Positions 39,219-48,944 of a DNA stretch of 64,000 nt are shown in pieces (positions within the stretch are counted from its first letter, which is position 1; every line of letters starts with the position of its first letter). Source of the stretch: a bacterium (GTDB taxonomy: Bacteria; Vulcanimicrobiota; JABDET01); contig JAJYZB010000003.1 in assembly GCA_021800275.1 (NCBI GenBank), positions 680 through 64,679 of the forward strand, read 5' to 3'. Made by a program: the position numbers and the translations under genes. The notes beneath the pieces are model-generated. The model saw only the letters and a program-made list of their open reading frames with translations. It made no database searches and was not told the DNA's origin.

Positions 39219-39361
39219 TATTCATGGGGATCTGCGGGCATCCTAGAGAAGCCTTCCGCAAACAAGCCCGCACAGCCTAACTAATAGGCATAGTCTAACC
39301 AGTAGGATCAGGTGCTGCTTCAGCGCCACCCTTCAGCAAATCCGGTGAACTTTCATGAGTA
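39219..39361 (+). ncRNA. Candidate multi-stem structured RNA, family unassigned
   Basis: GC-rich intergenic island with closing stem TATTCATGGGG/TTTCATGAGTA and internal hairpins TGCGGGC/GCCCGCA, GCCTA/TAGGC, GGTGCTG/CAGCGCC; G-U pairs favour the + strand. Confidence 0.4.
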
Positions 39362-39436
39362 ACTCGAACAAAATTTATCCTTAATTTTTAAAGTGATTAG
39401 GAGGCTGTATTCAGTTTTCGTCTAAAAGTTATACGA

Positions 39437-42070
39437 GTGCCCTTAACACCAGAAGAAAAACTCCCAAAAAGGAAAGAAAATTTAAGAACCACAACCCAGA
39501 ACCTTAAAGGGGAGAAATTTTTTATTGTTATCAATGAAGAAACAGAAGTTTTCTATCAATTAAGAGAAATCGAGTTTGAAATCTTCTCTAATCTAGACGG
39601 AGAAACCTCGCTCGAAAAAATTAAAGAAAAAATCGAAACCCTTCATCCTAACCTTGAACTTCCACTAGAGTACTTAACTGCCTTTATTCAAGATTTGCAA
39701 AAAAAAGGGCTTTTGGAAGGGGAACAATGGGTTTCTAGAAAGCAGAACAAAATAAACAGAGGGAGCCTGTTTTATCTCAGGTTTCCTCTGTTAAATCCCG
39801 AAAAAATGTTGAAAAAAACGCTCCCGATTGTGTCTCCACTTTTTGAGCCTATCTCTGTTTATACCGGCACTTTCTTAATTTTTTTCCTTTTTGTTTTTTT
39901 GTTTCTACAGCAGCATTCTCTTATATCAGAAATGAGTATTCTGCTCCACGGATGGGGTATTCTACTCTTTTATTTCTCTTTTTTAATCGTGGCTTTTGTG
40001 CATGAGATGGGCCATGCTTTAACCTGCTCATATTACAGCGGAAAAGTGAAAGAAATGGGGTTCATGCTGATTTACTTTGAACCCGCTTTTTACACCAATG
40101 TTTCAGACGCTTATCTTTTCCCCGACAAAAAGCACAGAATGTATGTTGGGCTTGCAGGACTATATTTCCAGTTTGTTTTCGCTTTTTTTGTCGCTCTCAT
40201 CTGGTATTTTTCAATTCCAGGGAGCTTTGTTTCTCTTTTCTGTGTTTCTATTTTAAGCATTTGCAGTTTTACAGCCCTCTGGAATTTAAACCCCTTAATT
40301 AAGCTGGATGGGTATTATGTTTTAAATGATTTTTTAGAAGTGGTCAATTTAAGATCTCGATCTTTCCAGCATTTTAACCTTTTAATTCAAGGAAAAATTC
40401 TAGGTCTGAAAGAATCGGCAGAAGAATTAAAAAAAATTCCTCGACGATTGGATAAAATCTACTTCTGGTACGGAGTTCTAGGAGTTGGATTCACGTCTTT
40501 AACTCTGTTATTTATTCTCGTTTTTCTGTTTCAATTTGCAGCCAGATCTCTGGCAGGACTTGGAGTTCTGCTCGTTCTTGGAGGCGCTGGATTCGGAATC
40601 TGGAAGTGGTATAAAAAGGCTTTATCAGGATGGACGCAAGTGGTTCAAAAGATCAAAGAAGATATGGATGTCAAGATGAAATTAAAGTCAAAAGCTCAAA
40701 AGCTTGGAACAGGGGTTCTTATTCTCTTCGTCTTAGGACTCATCCCAACAAGAGCTGAAGTGGCGGGACCCTGTACCGTTGAACCCTCTGTGAAAAGAGC
40801 TGTAACTCCACTTGAATCTGGAATCATCGTAAAAATATTTCAAAAAAACGGAGGACTCATCAAAAAGGGAGAGATTTTTGCAGAACTCGATGATTTTCCC
40901 CTAAAACAAAAGCTTGCCAGTTTAATCATTGAAAAAAGGATAGATAAAAATCGTCTCTCTTATTTAAAAGCAGTATATGGTTCTCATTTAACCGACGCAG
41001 ATGAAACCTTATATCAAGCTGAACTGGCATCAAAAGCTCATTCTCTTCTTTCAAAAGAAACGCTGCTTGAATCTAAACATTCTTTAGAAGAATCAAAAGA
41101 ACAGTATCTAAAATCGAAAACCATTTATGACCACTTAAAAAAAGATTGGGCAAAATATCAAAAAGGTACTCTGCCAAACTCAGCAGCTGAAATTGAACAG
41201 GAAATAAAATCGGCTCAAGCTCGACTAAAATTAGCGAGAAGCACTTGGGAAACATACTCCAGACTGGCAAAAACAAAACTGATCTCCTCTCGAAAATTAT
41301 TGAAAGAGGAAAGCCTCTTTCAGGAAGATAAAAACCGAGTCATAAGGCTTCAAAAGCAGTTTGACCTGGTTAAAAGAGACTTCGTTCAGAATTATCAGAT
41401 CGCTTACGAGCAAAAACAAGCCTCTTTAAAAGCCTATCAAGCTGAACTGGAATCATACCGAAAAACTCGAAAAAAAATCCTTGAAATTGAACCTGAACAG
41501 CTCCAAAAGAATCTGAAATTCATGCAAAAAAATTTTTATTACGCTAAAGGGGAATCCGCTGAAATTAAAGTGATCGAAAACAAACAATCCTATATTGAAG
41601 CCCAAATAAAAGAAATTTTAAAAAAAATAAAGAGAACCAAGGTCATCAGTCCTATCACAGGAGTTCTGATCACCCCACATCTTAAAGAATGGGAAGGTAA
41701 AATGGTGAGAAAGGGAGAGCCATTTGCCTGGGTTTACCAACCCGGAAAAAACGTCTTTGACATCCAAGTCAATCAAATGGACATTTTAGAAATCCCTAAA
41801 TGGAATCCAAGGGGGAATGATGTTTCTATCAGACTTCTAGCTCTTCCAGGGAAATTGTTTTCTGGAAAAGTCAGCAGGATTGTGCCTCAAAGTATAAAGA
41901 AGCATGAAAGGAATTACACAGTAGAGGTAAAGACAGAGGACCCTCACCATATCCTTCTTCCAGGAATGGTAGGGACAGCTAAAATTTATGGACGCTATCG
42001 TCCACTATTATGGCAGTGGATTCGAATCCCTGTAGAATATCTTTACTGGAAACTCTGGAGCCTTTTTTGA
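39437..42070 (+). CDS. Fusion of PqqD/RRE-like domain, M50-like intramembrane metalloprotease and HlyD-type adaptor
   Basis: N-terminal FYQLREIEFEIFSNLDGETSLEKI...FIQDLQKKGLL; HEMGH and NLNPLIKLDGY; long coiled coil; ISPITG, LLPGMVGTAKI. Confidence 0.82.
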   Translation: MPLTPEEKLPKRKENLRTTTQNLKGEKFFIVINEETEVFYQLREIEFEIFSNLDGETSLEKIKEKIETLHPNLELPLEYLTAFIQDLQKKGLLEGEQWVSRKQNKINRGSLFYLRFPLLNPEKMLKKTLPIVSPLFEPISVYTGTFLIFFLFVFLFLQQHSLISEMSILLHGWGILLFYFSFLIVAFVHEMGHALTCSYYSGKVKEMGFMLIYFEPAFYTNVSDAYLFPDKKHRMYVGLAGLYFQFVFAFFVALIWYFSIPGSFVSLFCVSILSICSFTALWNLNPLIKLDGYYVLNDFLEVVNLRSRSFQHFNLLIQGKILGLKESAEELKKIPRRLDKIYFWYGVLGVGFTSLTLLFILVFLFQFAARSLAGLGVLLVLGGAGFGIWKWYKKALSGWTQVVQKIKEDMDVKMKLKSKAQKLGTGVLILFVLGLIPTRAEVAGPCTVEPSVKRAVTPLESGIIVKIFQKNGGLIKKGEIFAELDDFPLKQKLASLIIEKRIDKNRLSYLKAVYGSHLTDADETLYQAELASKAHSLLSKETLLESKHSLEESKEQYLKSKTIYDHLKKDWAKYQKGTLPNSAAEIEQEIKSAQARLKLARSTWETYSRLAKTKLISSRKLLKEESLFQEDKNRVIRLQKQFDLVKRDFVQNYQIAYEQKQASLKAYQAELESYRKTRKKILEIEPEQLQKNLKFMQKNFYYAKGESAEIKVIENKQSYIEAQIKEILKKIKRTKVISPITGVLITPHLKEWEGKMVRKGEPFAWVYQPGKNVFDIQVNQMDILEIPKWNPRGNDVSIRLLALPGKLFSGKVSRIVPQSIKKHERNYTVEVKTEDPHHILLPGMVGTAKIYGRYRPLLWQWIRIPVEYLYWKLWSLF

Positions 42071-42111
42071 TAAAATAAATAAAATGATAGGCAGAGGAGG
42101 CAGCAGCAGAA

Positions 42112-42564
42112 ATGCTTTTTAAGGCAGTGACAGTAGAAACAGACGACAAAAATCTGCTGAACCAAGTTTTTAAACTTCGACACACCGTATTTGTGAATGA
42201 ACAAGGGGTTCCACCAGAACTGGAGAGGGATGAATTTGACAAATCCGCCTATCATGCCGCTGTGATTCAGAATGGAGAAGTCATCGCAGCAGGAAGATTG
42301 GTAATTAAAGGGGTTTCAGGAAAGATCGGGAGAATGGCTGTCAAAAAAGAATGGAGAGGAAAAGGGATTGGCTCTCTAATCTTGCAGAAACTTCTGCAAA
42401 TCGGAAAAGAAAAAAAAATAACCTGCTTCTATCTCCATGCTCAGCTGCAAGCAGTCCCTTTTTACCGCAAACACGGCTTTGCTCCTGTTGGCGAAATTTT
42501 CGAAGAAGCAGGGATCCTTCACCAGGAAATGACGCTGGAACCCATGATACTTCGGCAGCATTAA
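42112..42564 (+). CDS. GNAT acetyltransferase (YjcF/ElaA-like)
   Basis: LRHTVFVNEQGVP, IGRMAV, RGKGIG, LHAQ, FYRKHGF, FEEAGILH. Confidence 0.92.
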   Translation: MLFKAVTVETDDKNLLNQVFKLRHTVFVNEQGVPPELERDEFDKSAYHAAVIQNGEVIAAGRLVIKGVSGKIGRMAVKKEWRGKGIGSLILQKLLQIGKEKKITCFYLHAQLQAVPFYRKHGFAPVGEIFEEAGILHQEMTLEPMILRQH

Positions 42565-42816
42565 AACTGCCAGCAGTATTATTATGGAAGGATGCTGCAG
42601 AGAAACCTGCATCTCCTCCGATCCCGGATCTATCAAGTTCGCACAGTCAAGCCAATGCCCTAATTGACAGGTTGCAGCAACAGGAACTCACTAAAGCTCA
42701 ACGAATTATAAAACACAAAAATCAATGAGCGGCAAATAAAAAACTGACTTATACAAGAGCAGATTTTTTGAGTAAAATTCCACATTCAGCAGAAGAATAA
42801 ATCCACAGGAGGCTTA

Positions 42817-44781
42817 TTGATGGAGATTAAGCCAGGAGATATTATCCAGAGATCTTTTCGCATCGTTAATCTCCTGGATGACTATTTATTTTTCCAGACC
42901 TACCAGATTGCTGACGTCAGCAGAAATATAAAAGAGTCCAATACAGGTTTACTGATGTTAACCATTAAACCTGAATTAATGCTCCCTGCTTTTTGGAAAG
43001 AAACCAGTTGGTGGCTGTCTTCTTCTGATTACCCCTTTCCTTCTGTTTTAAAGCACTGGGAAGAAGAAGAAACTATTTTTATTGTTTTAAAACAATCCGT
43101 TCAGGCTTCTTTCTTGAACATCATCGAATCAGGGGACATTCCAAGGGGCTACATCCCGCGAATCATCCCTCAGCTCATTAAAATTTTTTCTTCCCTTTCT
43201 TCAGTTGGAGCAAGCCTTCCAGATTACTATTCACTTTCCAGAAGAATCACATATGCATCTCAAGGAGAGGTCCGTCTGCTGCCTGTTATCCTGTATCAAA
43301 CTTATTTTAAGCAGACAAATATTCCCGATCCAATTATTCCCAATGACAGTGCATTTCCTCCCCAATATTACATTCAAAAATTAGCGGCGTTTATTCATAT
43401 TCTTTTAACAAATAAGTTCCCCCATAATGATGCAGAACTGCTGTCAGGCGATTTATTATTGGAACCCCCTATCGAAAAACTCCTGCAGCCTGCTCTTAAA
43501 GGAAAAATCGCAACATTTGAAGAGTTTGAAAAGCAAATCCCTTTGAGCTTGAAGGGGGAAGAAAAAATTTACCCTGTCTCTCTTCCTGATGCAGATACAC
43601 CGCCTGAAGCCGTGAAAAAACCTTCAAAACAATCCTGGACAGCGTTCCTAAAATCAGGGAAAACACAATTTAAAAAAATACACTCTCTCATCAAAGAAAA
43701 AATGAATGAATCATCTCGTGTTCAGCCTGCTAAAAAAATCAGAACTGATCAGCTTTTGGTTTTCACTCGACAGCTATTTTTTCTTTTAAAAAATGGCATT
43801 CCAATAAGGACCGGTCTGGACGCGATACAAAATACGCAAACTGATAAAAGAATTCGAAAAACCGTCATGGAAATAGAAAAAAAATTAGAAGAAGGCCTCC
43901 CCTTATCTGAGGCGATCATCAAATGCGGCACCACGTTCCCTCTTTCATACACAGCTTTAATTCAGACAGGAGAAGCAGGAGGATTTCTGCCCGAAGTTTT
44001 AGAGAGAATTTCGATCTTTCTCGAAAAAGAATTGCGAGTGAAGCGTGAGCTAAAATCTGTTATGATTTACCCTGCAGTCATGCTTGTTACTTCTTGTCTA
44101 ATCACCTTAGCCATCGTTTTATGGGTTTTCCCTGAGATCTTTTCGATGTTCAATGGGTTCAAAATGAAACTTCCCATTGAAACGAAAATAATGATAGCCT
44201 TTGTGGCAGTTATTACCAGCCCGTACTCATGGATAGCAATTTTCCTGCTGATCACCATTTTTATCATTACTTTCCCCATGTACAGCAAGAATGAGGAATT
44301 CCAGTCCCATCTTGACCAAATTAAGCTGCACCTTCCAACGATTGGAAAATTTTATGTGAAATTAGTGGTCACCGATTTCTGCAAAAATTTTGCAACCCTT
44401 TATTCCAGCGGAATTCCCACGCTGTCATGTTTAAAAATTTTAGCGGCTACCGCTGAAAATAAAATGGTGTCTAAAGAAATTTACGATATCATCGCTTCCC
44501 TTGTCTCAGGAGAGTCTCTTGCCGGGGCATTTAAGGAAACTAAAATTTTCCCCCGTCTGCTTGGAGACATGGTGGCAGTTGGGGAGGAAAGCGGGGAATT
44601 GGCAAAAACCTTAAATAAACTGGCGGATTATTTTGATGCGATGCTTGAAGATGGCTTCGAAAAAATTGGAACTTTTTTTGAAATATTCTCCATTCTATTT
44701 TTAGGAGGACTTGTCGGAGTTTTTGCTGTTTCCATCTTTATTCCCCTTTACCAGATGATCGGAAACCTCGGAAAAAAATGA
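42817..44781 (+). CDS. PilC/GspF platform protein with an N-terminal degenerate kinase-like domain
   Basis: C-terminal ~350 aa: FTRQL, GEAGG, YPAV, VGEESGEL, IFIPLYQM; N-terminal ~250 aa begins IKPGDIIQRSFRIVNLL. Confidence 0.8.
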   Translation: MMEIKPGDIIQRSFRIVNLLDDYLFFQTYQIADVSRNIKESNTGLLMLTIKPELMLPAFWKETSWWLSSSDYPFPSVLKHWEEEETIFIVLKQSVQASFLNIIESGDIPRGYIPRIIPQLIKIFSSLSSVGASLPDYYSLSRRITYASQGEVRLLPVILYQTYFKQTNIPDPIIPNDSAFPPQYYIQKLAAFIHILLTNKFPHNDAELLSGDLLLEPPIEKLLQPALKGKIATFEEFEKQIPLSLKGEEKIYPVSLPDADTPPEAVKKPSKQSWTAFLKSGKTQFKKIHSLIKEKMNESSRVQPAKKIRTDQLLVFTRQLFFLLKNGIPIRTGLDAIQNTQTDKRIRKTVMEIEKKLEEGLPLSEAIIKCGTTFPLSYTALIQTGEAGGFLPEVLERISIFLEKELRVKRELKSVMIYPAVMLVTSCLITLAIVLWVFPEIFSMFNGFKMKLPIETKIMIAFVAVITSPYSWIAIFLLITIFIITFPMYSKNEEFQSHLDQIKLHLPTIGKFYVKLVVTDFCKNFATLYSSGIPTLSCLKILAATAENKMVSKEIYDIIASLVSGESLAGAFKETKIFPRLLGDMVAVGEESGELAKTLNKLADYFDAMLEDGFEKIGTFFEIFSILFLGGLVGVFAVSIFIPLYQMIGNLGKK

Positions 44782-44833
44782 AGTGGAACTTTAAAATCTT
44801 ATCCGCTCTCTCCTTAACTCTGTTCAGTTTATC

Positions 44834-47209
44834 TTACTCCCGAATCTTGGCGGCAAAGTGAATCTTTAACTTCTCTCTAATCTGTTCATGAACCCGATTG
44901 ACCTCTTCATCAGTCAGCGTTCTTTCCGCAGAACGATAAATAATGGAAAAAGCGATTGATTTCTTTCCATGAGGAACCTGAGAACCCTGATAAAGATCGA
45001 AAATTTTTGCGTCTTCTATCAGCCCTTCGCCATTTTCTTTGATGAGCTTCAAAATTTCTCCTGATAGGACTTTTTCATCCAGAATCATGGAAATGTCTCT
45101 TCTGGATTCCGGATATAAAGGAAGGGGCTTAAAAACAGGAGGATCTTGTTCCAATTTCTGAAGTTTATCCAGGGATAGTTCCAGAATAAAAATGAGCTGT
45201 GAAATGTCCAGAGAATCCAAGATCTGTGGATGGAGTTCTCCAATAAAACCCACTTGCTTTTGGTGGATCAAAATTTCTGCGGACCGATAAGGATGAAAAA
45301 TTTTTTCTTCAAGATTCTTTAACTCAAACGTTTCTGGGATATGAAGCCAATTCCAGAGCTGCTCCAGCATTCCTTTCAATAAGAGAAAAGAAGAGGGCTT
45401 TCCCCATGAAACATCTCCAGTCAGAGCTAAACACAAATGGCGATACTCCTGAATTGATGCATTTTTTTGGAAAACTTTCCCGAGTTCAAAAAAAGAGAGA
45501 TTTTTATTTTTCATATTTAAATTTTTTCGAATGGCAAGGATCACTCCTGGATATAAATAAGGACGTAGGGCTTTTCTATCTTCTGTTAAAGGATTTTGGA
45601 TTAAAATGAGATTTTTCTCCATAAATTTTTTATAGTATTCCGGATCTCCGAGGGAATAACCCAGAGATTCCATCAATCCAAGACGGGTTAAAAAGTCTCG
45701 AAGCTTGTCCTCAAAAAATTCATCGAAATCCATGACGCCGGGCGTAGTTTTTCCTTCGGGAAGGGAAGATGGAATTTGATCATATCCATAATGTCGAGCA
45801 ATCTCTTCAGCCACATCAATTTCTTCATGGATATCTAACCTTAAAGGAGGAGTCTGAATAAAAAGAGGCTCTTTCTTCAGAACTTGAAATCCCAACCCCG
45901 ACAAAATTCTTATGGCATGACTTCTTTCCAGATGGTCAATTCCAAGCGTCTTTCGTACTCGACTGAAACGGATCGCTATTTCTCTGGGTTTAGGGAAAAC
46001 TTTATAAGTATCTTCTCCCCCCTCATAAACCTGGAATCCGTATTTCTGGAAAAGCCAGCATGCCCTCCGGCTCCCCCAATCTGCTGCCGCTGGATCAAGC
46101 CCTTTTTCAAATCTCCGCGAACTGTCTGTTCGAATTCCCAGTCTCACAGAAGTTCTTCTAATAGTTCCTGAATCAAAGTGCGCGGATTCTAATAGAATTT
46201 CTTTAGTGCTGTCTTGAACTTCGCTCTCTTTGCCCCCAATAATTCCAGCCAGTGCGATGGATTTGCCAGAATCTGAAATCACTAGATCCGACTCCTGCAA
46301 AACATATTCTTTTTCATCAATTCCTTTAAAAATCTCCCCTTTAGACGCTTTTTTAACCTCTATTTTCTTTCCCTGAATGAAAGAATAGTCAAACGCATGG
46401 AGAGGCTGTCCTAATTCTAAAAGAACATAATTTGTGATATCCACAATCAAGTTGATAGGTCTGATTCCTGCTGAAAACAAACGAACAGCCATCGAAATAG
46501 GGGAAGGATGAATTTTAATCCCTGAAATAAATCGCGCGGTATATCGGGAACAAGCTTGATAATCCTGAACAGAAATTGAAATTTTATTGTCTAAACTTTT
46601 TTGTTTTTCAGAAAACAATTCTGGAATTTTCATAGAGATTCCATAAAGGGTTGCAATTTCGCGCGCAATTCCAAAGATGCTTAAATAATCAGGGCGGTTG
46701 GCAAAAGGTTCTAAAACGAGTACAGCTTGATTGAGGCCGAGTGGCTCAGAGAGATCCATTCCAGGGATGAAATCCGAATCTAAAATCATAACTCCTGACT
46801 GCTGTTCAGGAGGAAGAAACTCCTTAATTCCTAATGCCAGTTCATCAGCAGAACACATCATCCCATAAGAAGGCAGCCCTCTCAGTTTGGCCTCCTGGAT
46901 TCTTTTTCCGCCTGCCAGAACAGCCCCGATTTTAGCGACTGGAATGGTATCGCCTTTTTTCACATTAGGAGCCCCAGTAATGATCTGGACTTTCTCTTTC
47001 CCCAAATCCACCTGAGCAATTCGTAGTTTATCCGCATTGGGATGCTGCTCCATCTCAAGAATTTTCCCCGCAAAAACATTTTTTATTCCCGGACCTGAAT
47101 ATTCGATTTTTTCCACAGGAACACCGATTTTCTGCAGTTTTTCAGCAAGAGCCTGCGGGGCTTCAGGGATATCCACAAAATCTTTCAACCAGGAAATAGG
47201 GGCGCGCAT
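44834..47209 (-). CDS. pheT: Phenylalanine--tRNA ligase beta subunit
   Basis: HPNADKL, GMMCS, NRPD, NYVLLELGQPLHAFD, RFEKG, EEIARHYGY, FDLYQG, RTLTDEEV. Confidence 0.97.
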   Translation of the reverse strand: MRAPISWLKDFVDIPEAPQALAEKLQKIGVPVEKIEYSGPGIKNVFAGKILEMEQHPNADKLRIAQVDLGKEKVQIITGAPNVKKGDTIPVAKIGAVLAGGKRIQEAKLRGLPSYGMMCSADELALGIKEFLPPEQQSGVMILDSDFIPGMDLSEPLGLNQAVLVLEPFANRPDYLSIFGIAREIATLYGISMKIPELFSEKQKSLDNKISISVQDYQACSRYTARFISGIKIHPSPISMAVRLFSAGIRPINLIVDITNYVLLELGQPLHAFDYSFIQGKKIEVKKASKGEIFKGIDEKEYVLQESDLVISDSGKSIALAGIIGGKESEVQDSTKEILLESAHFDSGTIRRTSVRLGIRTDSSRRFEKGLDPAAADWGSRRACWLFQKYGFQVYEGGEDTYKVFPKPREIAIRFSRVRKTLGIDHLERSHAIRILSGLGFQVLKKEPLFIQTPPLRLDIHEEIDVAEEIARHYGYDQIPSSLPEGKTTPGVMDFDEFFEDKLRDFLTRLGLMESLGYSLGDPEYYKKFMEKNLILIQNPLTEDRKALRPYLYPGVILAIRKNLNMKNKNLSFFELGKVFQKNASIQEYRHLCLALTGDVSWGKPSSFLLLKGMLEQLWNWLHIPETFELKNLEEKIFHPYRSAEILIHQKQVGFIGELHPQILDSLDISQLIFILELSLDKLQKLEQDPPVFKPLPLYPESRRDISMILDEKVLSGEILKLIKENGEGLIEDAKIFDLYQGSQVPHGKKSIAFSIIYRSAERTLTDEEVNRVHEQIREKLKIHFAAKIRE

Positions 47210-47229
47210 ATCATTCCTCAGAAACCAAA

Positions 47230-48339
47230 TTAAAACTGCTCCAAAAATTTTTGATCGCTCTCATAAAAAAGACGAATATCATCAATCCTAAACTTCAGCA
47301 TGGCAATCCTCTCAATCCCTAATCCAAAAGCAAACCCGGTGTATTCAGAAGGGATATTCACCACCCTTAAAACAAAAGGATGGATCATTCCCGCCCCTAA
47401 AATTTCGAGCCATTTTGTCCCTCCGCAGATTCGACACGACTCAGAAAGAACAAGCCCACTTTCTACAGAGGAAGAATTTGGGGAAGAGGGCTGCTGATCC
47501 TCTGATGAGTTTTTCCCGCAGTTGAAACAGTCAATGTAAACCTCCACACTGGGTTCTGTGAATGGAAAATAACTGGGAACTAATTTCACTTTCCGTTCAG
47601 GTCCAAAAATCGCTTTTGCAAAAGCGGATAAGGTCCCCTTCAGATGAGCCATTGAAACCCCTTGATCCACCATAAAACCTTCTACCTGATGAAATTGAAA
47701 ACAGTGGGTTGAATCAACTGCATCCCGACGAAAACACTTCCCTCCTGAAATGACTCTTAAAGGAGGTTTTCTTTTTTCCATGACCCGAATCTGAACAGGA
47801 GATGTGTGGGTTCTTAAAAGGGTTTTTTCCCCCAGATACAAAGAATCCCACATATCTCTTGCCGGGTGATCTGGCGGAATATTTAAAGCCTCAAAATTAT
47901 AGTAATCACTCTCCACTTCAGGTCCTTGAACAAATTCGAATCCTAAACCCGAAAAAATAGACTTGACCTCTCTTAGAACTCTTGTTAATGGGTGAAGTCT
48001 GCCTGTTGGAACAGGTTCTCCAGGAAGAGTTAAATCCAGCCATTCTTTCTCTAATCTTTCTGAGAGTGCAGATTGTTTTAAAGATAAAAGCCGTTCATCC
48101 AAGAGCTTCTGGACTGCGGCTTTAATTTCATTGGCTTTTTTCCCGACATGCGGCCTTTCTTCTTCTGATAATTCTGATAAACCTCGAAGAACCTGGGTCA
48201 ATTTACCTTTTTTCCCAAGAATTTCATGCTGCAAATCTTCCAAAGACTTTATATCTGCAGTTTGAGAAATTTTTGAGGATGCCTCTTCCAGCAGGGAATC
48301 CAGTTTATCCACCACAGCATTAACCATGGTTTCAACCAT
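47230..48339 (-). CDS. pheS: Phenylalanine--tRNA ligase alpha subunit
   Basis: HPARDMWD, LRTHTSPVQ, FHQVEG, YFPFTEPS, WLEILGAG, GFAFGLGIER. Confidence 0.97.
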   Translation of the reverse strand: MVETMVNAVVDKLDSLLEEASSKISQTADIKSLEDLQHEILGKKGKLTQVLRGLSELSEEERPHVGKKANEIKAAVQKLLDERLLSLKQSALSERLEKEWLDLTLPGEPVPTGRLHPLTRVLREVKSIFSGLGFEFVQGPEVESDYYNFEALNIPPDHPARDMWDSLYLGEKTLLRTHTSPVQIRVMEKRKPPLRVISGGKCFRRDAVDSTHCFQFHQVEGFMVDQGVSMAHLKGTLSAFAKAIFGPERKVKLVPSYFPFTEPSVEVYIDCFNCGKNSSEDQQPSSPNSSSVESGLVLSESCRICGGTKWLEILGAGMIHPFVLRVVNIPSEYTGFAFGLGIERIAMLKFRIDDIRLFYESDQKFLEQF

Positions 48340-48344
48340 TCCTC

Positions 48345-48375
48345 AAAAAAAAGAAAAAACCCTGCCAAAGCAGGG
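48345..48375 (-). terminator. Intrinsic terminator-like hairpin just upstream of pheS
   Basis: Minus strand CCCTGC-TTTG-GCAGGG followed by TTTTTTCTTTTT. Confidence 0.5.
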
Positions 48376-48454
48376 CATTCAAATATTACAGATCAAGACA
48401 TAACAGGTAAAAGCCAAGCAGACTAGAATCATAGATTTAGATAGAAATCAAATA

Positions 48455-48685
48455 ATGGAACAGGTTATTACACTCCATATTGAAAAATTGCCTGAAGGGG
48501 TTTATCTGGCTACTTCCGATGAACTTCAAGGCCTTGTAGCTCAAGGACGTACTATTTGGGAAACATTGGAAATTGCTAGAGATGTTGCTCGTAAACTGAT
48601 GGAAGAGCAGAATAGCCAAAAGATACACCCCACCTTAAAAATAGTTGAAAATCGCTTTGATTATCCTCTAGTACTCGAAACTTAA
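48455..48685 (+). CDS. hicB: HicB family antitoxin
   Basis: EGVYLATSDELQGLVAQGRTIWETLEIARDVA. Confidence 0.85.
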   Translation: MEQVITLHIEKLPEGVYLATSDELQGLVAQGRTIWETLEIARDVARKLMEEQNSQKIHPTLKIVENRFDYPLVLET

Positions 48686-48687
48686 AG

Positions 48688-48912
48688 GTGGGAAGACTAT
48701 CAGGATTTCATTACAGCGATATTATTAAACGCCTGCGAAAGTTAGGGTTTTCTTTCAGAAGACAGGCGGCTGGAAGTCATGAGATTTGGCACAGCATATC
48801 AAGTGGGCGCTATACCACTATTCCACACCATCCTGGAGAAATGCCAGAAGGGACACTGCGAGCCATTTTAAAACAAGCTGGCATTGACGCAGAAAAATTT
48901 TTAAAAGCTTGA
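48688..48912 (+). CDS. hicA: HicA family mRNA interferase toxin
   Basis: LRKLGF...GSHEIW...TTIPHH...GTLRAILKQAG. Confidence 0.92.
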   Translation: MGRLSGFHYSDIIKRLRKLGFSFRRQAAGSHEIWHSISSGRYTTIPHHPGEMPEGTLRAILKQAGIDAEKFLKA

Positions 48913-48944
48913 GAAGTCCTCAAAGAAAAAACCCTGCCTTTATC

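Larger units (their letters stand above)
48341..48938. repeat. Imperfect direct repeat flanking hicBA
   Basis: CCTCAAAAAAAAGAAAAAACCCTGCC (48341-48366) and CCTCAAAGAAAAAACCCTGCC (48918-48938). Confidence 0.7.

Noticed and set aside
39285-39350. tRNA gene or c-di-AMP riboswitch
   Set aside because: Only a D-arm-like segment, with no TTCRA T-loop or acceptor stem; the 5' half of the riboswitch consensus is missing. Kept only as an unassigned RNA candidate
42584-42667. Cys-rich 27-aa ORF (MEGCCRETCISS...) as a precursor peptide for the RRE-M50 protein
   Set aside because: No RBS, no leader-like region and no modifying enzymes nearby; likely chance
48340-48455. T-box riboswitch upstream of pheS
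   Set aside because: No GGTGG(T/A)ACC T-box motif and no room for Stem I
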